Source: Isurus oxyrinchus
Lineage: Eukaryota
Direction: 5' to 3'
Length of the DNA stretch: 64,000 bases
Assembly: GCA_026770705.1 (NCBI GenBank)
Contig: JANJGN010000052.1
Location: 2,356,001 to 2,420,000, forward strand
A program made the position numbers and the translations under genes. The notes under the pieces are model-generated. The model saw only the letters and a program-made list of their open reading frames with translations. It searched no databases and was not told where the DNA came from. Shown one piece after another: positions 39,801 to 49,125 of the stretch. How positions within the stretch are numbered: the first letter of the stretch is position 1; each line of letters starts with the position of its first letter.

Positions 39801-42800
39801 GAGGATGTACAGGCTGGGTCTCTGTTCTCTTGAACAGAGAAGGTTGAAGGGTGACCTCATTTGATCTTTGAAGTAATGAAATGTTTTGATCGAGTAGACA
39901 TGGAGAGAGTGTTTCCACTCCTCACAATGAACAAAACCAGAGGCTGACAGTATAACATCCTCACTAATAAATCCAATGGGGAATTCAGGAGAAACTTCTT
40001 TACCCAGAGACTGGGGAGAACGTGTACTTCAAGAATCACTTCATTGGCTGTGAATTGATTTAGGATCGTCCTGAGGTGGTAAAAGGCGCTATGGAAATGT
40101 GAGACTTACTTTTGTATTTTGAAAGCAGGTTTCCAAGGATGAGATGGGAACTGAGAGATAACAACAATCTGCAGCAACTTTCCTATTTTCAAACTTAGTG
40201 GGGAATGTGTCACTGAGCTGAATACACTTTCACTCCCAGACCCTTGAATTGCCAACACTGGGGTGTGGGTGATGGAGCAGCCCACAGCTCATGGAACCCT
40301 GGCTCATCGTTCTCTCAGAGATCTGGGTCACTGATCCCATTGCTCTCTGTGGGAGCTTCCTGTGAACAAACTCACTGCCACGTTAGACAGTGACTATACT
40401 TCAAGAATTTCTTCATTGTCTGTGAAGTGATTTGGTACGTGCTGAGGTGATGAAAGACGCTATAGGAATGCAAGTCTTTACTTTGTCGATTTGTCAGACT
40501 TTTAAACAGGATTAGAGAGATCGATGGGAGTGGATAGCCTGATAGCATTGATGGACACAGTCAACACATTTAATCATTGATATTAAAGAATATTAGAGGT
40601 TGCTTTAGGACTGAACTGGAAGCGATCACCAGGTTATTGAGAATCAGACAGTGTGTTATAATAAGCTGTGTTTTGTGTTAATATGTAAACGTCACAGTTT
40701 GTGTTATTTCCCATTGAGTGTTGAATGTGAATTGTTGAGTAATTATAACACAGCACTTACCAGAAACGTGAAGCTGGGTTACAGGGTAATAGTTATGGCT
40801 CGGACCATTGTCAAATTCTATTCTGAAAAAATAAGGTCCTGCATCTTCCCGTCTGATGTTGTTTATAATCAGGGAACAGTCGCCATCTTTCAGGTCTCCA
40901 GACAGCCGGGTCCGATGATGGAACCGTGGTAACTCGTGACTGTGATCCTTGGAGTGAAAGGCTATGGGAGCCCAGGGAATCTGTTTCTCATTATTAAACC
41001 AGACTCCACCTCGCGGTTGGTTTTCCAAATGTGATGAATAACTGTAATGACATGGAATCTGTACACACGAACCTTCCTGAGCTGTCACCTCTCGTGGAGT
41101 GTCACCTTTCCACTCTTGTGACAGTCCAACTGGGGAGAGAAATATCAATATTTAACTCTGGATCTTTTTTCGATCCACTAGATTTGATATCTACTTCCTC
41201 CTTCACTAGGGCACAGTGGCTGCAGTGTGGACCATCTACAGGACACACAAGGAAATCCCTAAGGTTTCACAATGGATGGAAGAGAATCCTGGACACAGGA
41301 GTGGACTAGTTGATTCTATATTGGCTCATGGTCCTCAGGACCCTGTTTAGTTTTTTCAAATTATTCATTCATAGCATTTATTACCCATCCCATGTCTATC
41401 AGAGGTATTTAAGATTCAACCACATTGCTGTGGGTTTGGAGTGACATGTCGGCCAGACTGGGTAAGGGTGGCAGATTTCCTTCCCTATAGGTGATCAGTG
41501 AACCAGGCTTTTTAATCCCATTCATCTGCCGTGATGGGATTCACATCCAGGGCCCCAGAGCATCACCCTGGGCCTCTGGAATACTAGCCCAGTGACAATA
41601 CCTCTCTGCTACCGCTTCCCCTTAGTGAAGCCAGTCTTCCACCCAACACAGTGTCTACAAGACGCACCAATTGAGATCCATTCAGTGCTGATTTACAAGA
41701 CAGGACAATGGATTAGGAGCCCTCAGAACTCCCCCCATTATCACCGTCATGAATCACTAATTAGCCTAACATTCCTGTCTGCTCTCCAACACAGCTGATT
41801 GGCTAATCTGATTCAATCTGATTGGTGTTCATTCCCTCTTCAATGTTTAAGGAATCACCAATCACTCGGCCTCTAGTTATTCTCCTGCGCACAAGAGGGA
41901 ACATTCTCTCTCTACCCAGTCAATCAAAACCTTTCATCTAAACCTAGTGGTGCTTGAGTATATAGTCGGGAATCCAGGGCAATGGAGCCTCCGGAGAAGA
42001 GATGGAAACCCTGTGAGGTGGAACGTCACTGAGGCTATCCGAGTTGAAGCGACTTTTGGAGAGAATTCCAAGGCAAGATCTTCGAAGTTGAAGATTGGAA
42101 TCCCTCATGAGAGAAATAGGGTTTCAGTGAGATTGGTTGACTGACAGTGTTCACTGATGTCCGGGTGGGTTGTTGTGAAATCCATGGGATCTGTCTTGGT
42201 CGCGTTTACAATTTAATGAGTAGTGTAGCTGTGAGACCACAGTTTGCCTGTTAATTCACATGAGCTCATATTAATCCAGAATGTTAGGGTATAAGGTGGA
42301 TATTGTAAATTATTTTATCTTTCTGACCTGGTGCAGTAAAGTTTATTTTTGTTTGTTTAAAAGCCATGGAAACTCTGTTTCTCTCATGAGGGATTCCAAT
42401 CTTCAACTTCGTACATCCTGCCTTGGAATTCTCTCCAAAAGTCGCTTCAACTCGGATGGCCTCAGTGACGTTCCACCTCACAGGAATCTTGTAGCTTTAT
42501 TCTCTTCGCAGGCGTCTTAAATCTCAAACCTCGTCTCCTTGAAACAAAACATTACTTGTTCCTAACTGTAAATTACCAAAAAACATTGGTTTCTGTTCCT
42601 CCATCAGCAACTCTTCAGAATCCTGCTGAAGTCACGGATATTTCAGAAGGACAGGGAACAAGAAGTTTCTGGTATCAGCGTTTTGTGTGGGGCCCAGTTC
42701 AGTTTGAACAAATAAACAACACCATCTTTGAAAGTCATGAACCCACCACAGCGGCACCTCCGACACATGCAGAGCTCAGGCGAGAGGCGCTTTGTTAGTG

Positions 42801-44289
42801 TGTTTCACAGGGTCTGCTGGAGTAGGGTCAGTGCTGAGAGGGTCTGCTCAAGGATCATAACAACCTGCACTTGCACCTTCCAAGTAATAAGATTTTGTAA
42901 ATGTATTCATTCATGGGATGTGGGCGTCGCTGCCAAGGCCAGCATTTGCTGCCCATCTCTAATGTCCCGTGACATAATCTCTGTAGCAGAGTAGAGACAA
43001 TCATGATCACTCAGGATATTTGACATCTATCCACATGAGCAGCTTAGGCTTCCTTCTCTCTTTCAGTTATCTTACTCCCTTATTGAAGTTTCTAGCATGG
43101 TGAGAACTGGATGGTTTGCTCGGACATTTCAGAGGAACCACGTTGCTATGAGTCTGGAGTCACATGTAGGCCAGACCAGATATAGACGGCAGATTTCCTT
43201 CCCTAAAGGCCATTAGTGAACCAGATGGGTGTGTATGACAATCGATGATAGTTTCATGTTCTCCATTACTGAGACTAACTCCCATTAGTGTAAACAGAGT
43301 GAACAGTTTTCCATTGATCCCACCTTTCCCGTTCTCTCCGGTGTTTTACACACTATTGCTCGATAATTTGATTCTGCCAAGGACCCCTTGGAAAATCATG
43401 GACCCCAGTTAGACAACCGATGGAATAAGGAATCTCTTTGGATCCTCATTGTCTAAGGAATCTCTTTGGATCCTCATTGTCTAGGGGATTATTTCTGATC
43501 CAAACCCCATATTGTTGTATTGTTGATTCCGATGCAGCATTGTAGACTGACTTGTCCCCAAGCTCAGCACTGACCCTCCTCCAGCAGACACTGTGAAACA
43601 CACTAACAAAGCGCCTCTAGCCTGAGCTCTGCATGTGTCGAGAGAAAGACAAATATACAAACTGAATATTGACACCTTTACACACGGACAGCTTTACCTT
43701 CCTTCTCTCTTTCAGTTATCTTGCTCCCTTATTGAAGTATCTAGCAAGGTGAGAATGGACAGGAAGTGTGACACTGAACAGCCTGTCTATTCTAGGAGCT
43801 GCTGTGTTGTCTTCATGGGAAATTTTGAATAAAGGCAGCAAAGGACACAAATTTCAGGTTATTGCTATCGGATAACTCTCATTAGGATAGGCTTCACCCA
43901 CCAGGTTTTATCCCTGCTTCTCTACTCAACCCATCAATCCCCATCGCTCACTGACCAACGTCCGATAGCACCTGAATTTTAAGATTCTGCTCTCGCTGCT
44001 ACAAACCTGCCTATCCCTGTACACTCCTCCAGCCCCTACAACCCTCCAAGGCCTCTGCTCTCCTCCAATTCTGCTGTCAGACAGGGAGTCAGTGTATATC
44101 AGTGAGCACAGGGGTGATGGATGAATGGGACTTGGTGTGAGTTTGTACACTGGGTCACTGCTAAATCAGTTCCCAATTAGAGGTCAATAAAAATGATCTT
44201 TTACAAAGACTATTAACCGTAAGTCTGTCCGAGCTGATGATGATATTACCTTGGAGAAGTGACAGGAGGAAGTATGATTTACCGATCAT
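17908..44289 (-). CDS. Siglec-like gene B (multi-exon): L-V-V-D2-(C2)x9-TM-cytoplasmic tail; 1346 aa with all exons, 1252 aa if R5 is skipped
   Basis: Exons 44250-44289, 40761-41129, 38750-39118, 38082-38378, nine 282-nt C2 exons, 24494-24590, 23536-23617, 17908-18156. Phases are compatible (1-1 for Ig exons, then 2, then 0); V domains carry YFFR. Confidence 0.85.
18348..23322. repeat. ~5-kb intronic 33-bp satellite array (~150 units)
   Basis: cagtactgaccctctgacagtgcagcactccct repeated; 990-bp higher-order duplication (20725 vs 21715). Confidence 0.97.
23536..23617 (-). CDS. Gene B cytoplasmic exon 1
   Basis: ttgcag|G AGA AAG..CAC CAG|gtac; (K)RKTAMEERVSGTSDIALTPRSLSVKHQ, phase 2 to 0; conserved in gene C. 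Confidence 0.85.
24494..24590 (-). CDS. Gene B transmembrane exon
   Basis: acag|GT AGA..AGA AA|gtaagt; RDSSKWTVGLFTAGIMLSVFLAGIFIFICVR; uncharged TM. Confidence 0.9.
25137..25370 (+). mobile_element. RTE-clade LINE 3' fragment (also at 54645-54930)
   Basis: The longer copy reads MLRISWMDRKTNEWL..RERKFVKYG..LTTIEG..KNRKG..W, typical of the RTE C-terminus. Confidence 0.65.
25404..25685 (-). CDS. Gene B C2 Ig exon R9
   Basis: 282 nt, AG/GT, phase 1-1; APQNLSF..IICSVESFPASNLTW..DTGDYQCVAENEHG..ITVE. Confidence 0.88.
26176..26457 (-). CDS. Gene B C2 Ig exon R8
   Basis: 282 nt, AG/GT, open frame. Confidence 0.88.
27258..27539 (-). CDS. Gene B C2 Ig exon R7
   Basis: 282 nt, AG/GT, open frame. 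Confidence 0.88.
28329..28610 (-). CDS. Gene B C2 Ig exon R6
   Basis: 282 nt, AG/GT, open frame. Confidence 0.88.
29146..32198. mobile_element. Young Penelope-like retroelement, composite and inverted, with GIY-YIG endonuclease segments
   Basis: NLVYCIRCSQCGLLYIGETKRKLGDRFAEH..LEEQHLIFRLGTLQPSGLN on minus (30081-30830) and plus (31337-31666); 13-bp target duplication acgctgtaattac at 29133-29145 and 32199-32211. Confidence 0.92.
32748..33029 (-). pseudogene. Gene B C2 Ig exon R5 with mutated acceptor (GG instead of AG)
   Basis: Plus strand 33029-33031 reads tcc where the sibling exons read tct; frame is open and the donor is intact. Confidence 0.75.
33898..34179 (-). CDS. Gene B C2 Ig exon R4
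   Basis: 282 nt, AG/GT, open frame. Confidence 0.88.
34992..35273 (-). CDS. Gene B C2 Ig exon R3
   Basis: 282 nt, AG/GT, open frame. Confidence 0.88.
35992..36273 (-). CDS. Gene B C2 Ig exon R2
   Basis: 282 nt, AG/GT, open frame. Confidence 0.88.
37155..37436 (-). CDS. Gene B C2 Ig exon R1
   Basis: 282 nt, AG/GT, open frame. Confidence 0.88.
37570..37962. repeat. 33-bp satellite array
   Basis: About 12 units, in the orientation opposite to the 18-23 kb array. Confidence 0.92.
38082..38378 (-). CDS. Gene B Siglec domain 2 exon
   Basis: 297 nt; DFTDKPMIFPAEIIAGKRVDVSCTFNTTCNGTAAPVLTW..SVLTLIPSLKHHGHTLSCRVRYP; C-x5-C pattern of Siglec domain 2. Confidence 0.9.
38750..39118 (-). CDS. Gene B V-set exon V2
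   Basis: 369 nt; AEPSQEW..GSCVQIPCHYSYPSC..GDLKDGDCSLIINNIRREDAGPYFFRIE. Confidence 0.92.
39165..40020 (+). mobile_element. Old CR1 fragment with an embedded Penelope-end fragment (paralogous copies at 56305-57180 and 58195-58818)
   Basis: Degenerate CR1 RT C-terminus, duplicated together with the V exons. Confidence 0.7.
40761..41129 (-). CDS. Gene B V-set exon V1
   Basis: 369 nt; VGLSQEW..CVQIPC..DCSL..YFFRIE; starts with the probable end of the signal peptide. Confidence 0.92.
44250..44289 (-). CDS. Gene B leader exon
   Basis: ATG ATC GGT..CAA G|gtaat; MIGKSYFLLSLLQ. Confidence 0.85.
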
Positions 44290-44721
44290 TGTCCACTCCC
44301 AGATATTTCCTCAGCTTCTAACTCTGAAGTTCTGAAAGAGAAAGGAGTTAATGAGACTTCACCTCTTGTCCGAATGCTCTCAAGAGATCAGAACTGCTTT
44401 TCGACAATATCTTCACAGACTAATTTGATTCTTTGTGGGATGATAGGTGCTCTGCAGAGAGTTACAAGGCATTCAGAAAGAAAAACAATGAAGGTCTTGC
44501 ATTTCTATAGCACCTTTCACCACCTTGGATGTCCCCAAGCTCATGTCCCTTGAGCTAGAAAGATGTTCTGTGCAACAGACTTGAGCCTCACACCCAGATC
44601 TCAATAATCAGTAGAAATCTTTCAAAGGCATCGATCATTGGAATCTGTCTTTATAAAGTCACAACATCAACAAAGGACGGTGTTGGTGTTGGAAGTGAAT
44701 TCCAATCGTTCCGTTAATTAC

Positions 44722-44865
44722 CCAGGACCTGTCCGACTGCTCGCCTGGGGAGGAACTGCCCACACGCTCTGCTTGGGCTGAATGACCTCTTCCTGTGCTG
44801 CTCCCTCTGTGTGTTTAATTAGAAAGGGTGGATGTGTCTGTGTGAGACAAAATGAGGAAGTTGGA
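44722..44865 (-). promoter_or_regulatory. Gene B candidate non-coding exon 1 and promoter with PU.1/ETS motif
   Basis: Donor GTAATT at 44721; AAATGAGGAAGT at 44850-44861; conserved with gene C up to this motif. Confidence 0.5.
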
Positions 44866-44971
44866 ACAAAGTGAGTGAACAGCACTTTGCTGTGCACTGT
44901 CAGTAAACCCTGTGTCTGTATAAGAATATAAGAACAGAACAAGTAGGATCAGCTGGACACCCTGATATTTT

Positions 44972-45188
44972 CAAAACAAAAACAGAATTACCTGGAAAAA
45001 CTCAGCAGGTCTGGCAGCATTGGCGGAGAAGAAAAGAGTTGACGTTTTCGAGTCCTTGAGTCCTTTTGTCATGAGGACTCGAAACGTCAACTCTTTTCTT
45101 CTCCGCCAATGCTGCCAGACCTGCTGAGTTTTTCCAGGTAATTCTGTTTTTGTTTTGGATTTCCAGCATCTGCAGTTTTTTTGTTTTA
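44972..45188. mobile_element. Hairpin mini-insertion of Penelope-like termini
   Basis: ~85-bp near-perfect inverted arms; flanking direct repeat accctgatatttt at 44959 and 45189. Confidence 0.85.
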
Positions 45189-45214
45189 ACCCTGATATTT
45201 TCACTCCTTATATT

Positions 45215-47150
45215 CCATCCGCTCATTATTTTATCCACTCACGGAAACTATTTATCTCGCTCTACAGCCTCTTTGTGTCCTCCTCACAACTTGCTTTCCT
45301 GCCCAGGTTATATATTTCCTACCTATCTTCACCACACAGTCAGAAAATCTGCCTACAGTACAGTCAGTCCCTTCATCCAAGTCACTAATGTAGATTGTGA
45401 ATAGTTGAGGCCTCAGCACTGATCCCTGTGGCTCTCCACTAGTTACAGTTTACCAAGCTGAAAATCACCCATTTATCCTGGCTCTCTGTTTCCTGTCAGT
45501 TAGCCAGTCCTCTATCCATATTAATATATCACCCACAACACCATCCAATTTCACCCTGTGCTGTATCCTTTGATGTGGCACCTTAATGAATGCCTTTTGG
45601 AAATCCAATGTCACGAAGAGATATTTGTGTGTAAAATGTGCTTGGAAATTATTAATAAAATAGAATTCTAGTGGTGGTCCATGAATAGGTGTGTGTCTGG
45701 GTGTGTCTTAATTGGATTAAAGCCAACTGGTCTGTGTGCTTTGATGTTTAGTAGTTTTGAGATGTTAATTAGGTGAATTGTGAGGAGAACAGTAAATTGT
45801 TCATTTGCAATTGTTGAATAAACCATTCCAGACTGGGGGTAAAATCTTGCACCTAGTTAGAAGGAGCCAAAAGATGTGTTTTTTCTTGAACTTACTAATG
45901 AAATTGGTGCTATGAAAGGGGGTTTTATTGTTCGAAGAGGTGGAGTTCAGAAGACCGAGTGATACAATGGAAAATTTACATTCAAAGGGAAAGCTAGCTA
46001 TATAAAGGAAGGAGTTTGTGTGTGTGAGGCAGGAGCATTTCAGACCGAACCAGCCTGTAGCCTCCAACCAACTAGCAAAGGAACCTCATTCGGAATTCGT
46101 AATGTCAAATGTGCTTTGCCTGGTGTCTATATTATGTCAATGGTTCATTGTTGCCTTAGTAGAGATTTACGTGGGGGTGATTAATTGGGGGATTTGTTAA
46201 AAAGTTATTATAGTAGTTACTTGTAGCCAATGTGTATGTGTTAAATTAATAAATGGTTTATTTAATTTTATATAAAAAACCCTCAATCCTCGGTCGTCTT
46301 ATTCCTACTGAATTCAAAGTCTTCATCTCGAAATTACAAACAGCAAAATTAGGTTACGACAGTTGTTTCAATTTTCCCTCTGGGATTTGAACAACTCAGC
46401 CTTTACCCTTGGCTGTGTCATAGTCCCTAATACACCACATCTACAGGTTCCCCTTTATCCAATCCACTTGTTACATCCTCGAGGAAATCTAATTATTTTT
46501 TCAAACATGATATCCCTTTCACAAACCCATGTTGACTCTGTCTGATTGAATTATGGTTTTCTAAATGTCCTGCTGCTCCCTCCTTCATAATGAATTCTGG
46601 TATTTTCCCAATGACAGATATTAGACTACCTGACCTGTAGTTTCTTGCTTTCTGCCTCCTCCCTTTATTGAACAGAAATGTTTCATTTATGTTTTTCCAA
46701 TCCGCTGGGACCTTCCCATAATCTAAGGAATTCTGGAAGATTACAACCAATGCATCCACCATCTCTGCAGCCATTTCCTTTCAGACCCTCACATTCAGGC
46801 CGTCTGCTCCATGGAACTTGTCAGCATTTGTCTCATTAGTTTTCTTAATACTTTTTCTCTGGTGATAGTGATTGTTTTATGTTCCTCCCTCCTTGTTGCA
46901 CCGTGACTTTCTCCTGCTATTGGGATGGTTTTAGAGATTTTTACTGTGAAGACAGACACAAAATTCTTGTTGAAAGTCTCTGTCATTTCCTTGTTTCCCA
47001 TTATTAATTCCCCAGTCTGATTTTCTCTGTGTCCCATTATTACTGTAGCTTCTCTCTTATTTTAATGTACAACATCTCACTGTCATTGTTTATGGTTCTT
47101 GCTAGTTTACTCTCATATCATCATTTCTGCCTCTTTATTATTCTGCTGGG
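45215..47150 (-). mobile_element. CR1 LINE RT remnant with a nested LTR-like insertion (~45609-46422)
   Basis: IFQNSLDYGKVPADWK..LFNKG.RQKARNYR..SLISVIGK..SQHGFVKGISCL. Confidence 0.85.
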
Positions 47151-48876
47151 ATCCTTCAGGTCAGATTTTTGCCCTCGGCAGGGGTGCACAGGTCTGGGGG
47201 CGGTGAGGAATCCGACTATCGCCTGCGATCAGCTCCGCGCTGCGATTTTACGCGGCCGGGCTAATTAAGGCCTGCCCGCATAAGATGTGGCTGCAGAATG
47301 AGTGCAAAGGGGCGGGCAGAGGCGGGTGCTTAGTGACTGCTTGGACCAATGGTGACCCAGCGGCCGATTGAAATCTGGCCACGGCAACCTTCAAAAGGCT
47401 TCCGGTGAAGGACGTTGAAATCATGGTGGACAGCGTTCCGGGTGGAGGGGCATTCGACCCTGCGTTTCCCTGATGAGTGATGCTGCCCTCCTGGAGTGTG
47501 TGGATATTGACCCCACTGCTCCCCCTCCCCCACTTCGCCATTCTTTCCTGGGAGACCTGCCAGGTTCCATGTTCCAGCTGCGATGGGCAGCCCTTCCACA
47601 CTTTCCTGTGGGCCCCGCCCTTCATGTCCAAAAGCGCTAAGTTAGAGCAGGGATGGAGAAATGAACAGGGGGCATGGGATAAGTGTGGGGGTCTCACAGC
47701 CAGAACAGATGCTGCCTCGGGAGGGGGGGGGGAAGGTTTCACCAGCTATCTGTCTTAACAACATCGTAACCACAGTGTGAAGATTGTCCCCATTCCCTGT
47801 ATCTTAATAATATTGTAAAGACAACTCGGAGATGTCCTGCAATCGCTGAGAAAGTATCTGGTGTGCTTACAGCACCACCACTGGCAAGAGAGTGTAAGTA
47901 CAGTGTGACATGTTTACATGGGAAATTCTCATGATAAATGTGGACACATGAATTTACATAATTTGGTGGGGAAATGCAATGACATGAATTAACAGATTGG
48001 AGCAGGGGGGTTGTCCCAGAGTAAGCTGTTTAATAAAAATATATCTGTACAGTGTTGTCTGGGCATTTCAATCCCTTGTGACAATAAATGTAATATTATA
48101 GAAAATGCAAAAGCTTCTTTTAATCTATCACAGAATAAACAAGTTGCAGAATTCAGAAAGCACATACTGAAATGTTAACAAAGTTCAGTGACGTCACATT
48201 TCTGCTAATTACTACTCTGCCATGTTAGCTGCACGCAGTCAGGCAGTCCCTCGGTTGTGATGTGTCCACACAGCAGGACTGGGATGCATCAGCATCAAAG
48301 GACATGCTTAGTTGTTGCCGTGCAATGCATTTATTGCGAGCCTGTTGCACACACGCCCTGTCGAAGGATTCTCCGTGTTTCCATTCTGAATCGAGGCAGA
48401 TCAACGTTACTACAACAACTTGCATTTATATATCACACTTAAAGTAGCACACTGTCCCAAAGCTCTTCAGGGGATTGTTAACCACATATAAATCCATCTC
48501 TGAGACAAATAATGAGATATAAGGGACAGGTGACAAAAAGCTGAGTTAACAAAACCAGTTAATAAGGACCATGTTAAAGGAGGAGAGAGATAGACAGAGA
48601 TGCAGAGGGAGAGAGACAGAGAGAGACAGACAGAGAAGGAGAGAGAGATAGAGAGACAGACTGGGAGAGAGAGAGACACTGAATCTCTGTCCCCAATGAC
48701 TCAGCATCAAGTCGTCTCTGGGGAAACATTTCATTCCAAACCTCACCAACCACAGACCCATTCAGTCCCTTCCTCCCTCTCTCCCCCTCTCCCCCAGTGG
48801 GTTGTCTCATGTTCCAAGTAATCACAATCCCTGCCTCCACCCACAAACCTCCTCACCCCCTCTCTCCGTTTCACAC

Positions 48877-49125
48877 TCAGTTTCGCTTGAATCTGATCTG
48901 TGCGTATTCCGTCTCCTCTTCCTTGTGGACAGTCCCATCACCACTGCGCACCCTGAAGACTTGGGGATTGGCGTAGAGAAGGTCGTTGGGATTGTCAGGG
49001 TTCCCATGTCCAGCATTGCCTCCCACTGGACCTTCAGAGAGACCCCGGGGAGCTGGGGTCTCCCCCTCGCTAGTTGTGTCTCTGGTTGTGTTCCGGGGCT
49101 CAGTAATCAGCACGTTCTGTTTACC
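48877..49125 (-). CDS. Gene C last exon, cytoplasmic tail (LLYANP, TEYAQI)
   Basis: 249 nt, the same length as in gene B; GKQNVLIT..NDLLYANPQVF..EETEYAQIRFKRN*. Confidence 0.85.
   Translation of the reverse strand, partial: GKQNVLITEPRNTTRDTTSEGETPAPRGLSEGPVGGNAGHGNPDNPNDLLYANPQVFRVRSGDGTVHKEEETEYAQIRFKRN

Noticed and set aside
25404-41129. V(D)J-type rearranging locus (multiple V exons; CACAGTG heptamers at C2 exon ends)
   Set aside because: The heptamers lie within coding sequence (ITV codons, antisense) with no nonamer at 12 or 23 bp, and the V exons are complete with their own G strand and splice donor.
43698-43740. Possible 43-nt micro-exon between leader and V1 (AG...GTAAAG), with a degenerate copy at ~43049-43105
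   Set aside because: Length is not a multiple of three, it has an in-frame TGA after the leader, and it is not seen in gene C.
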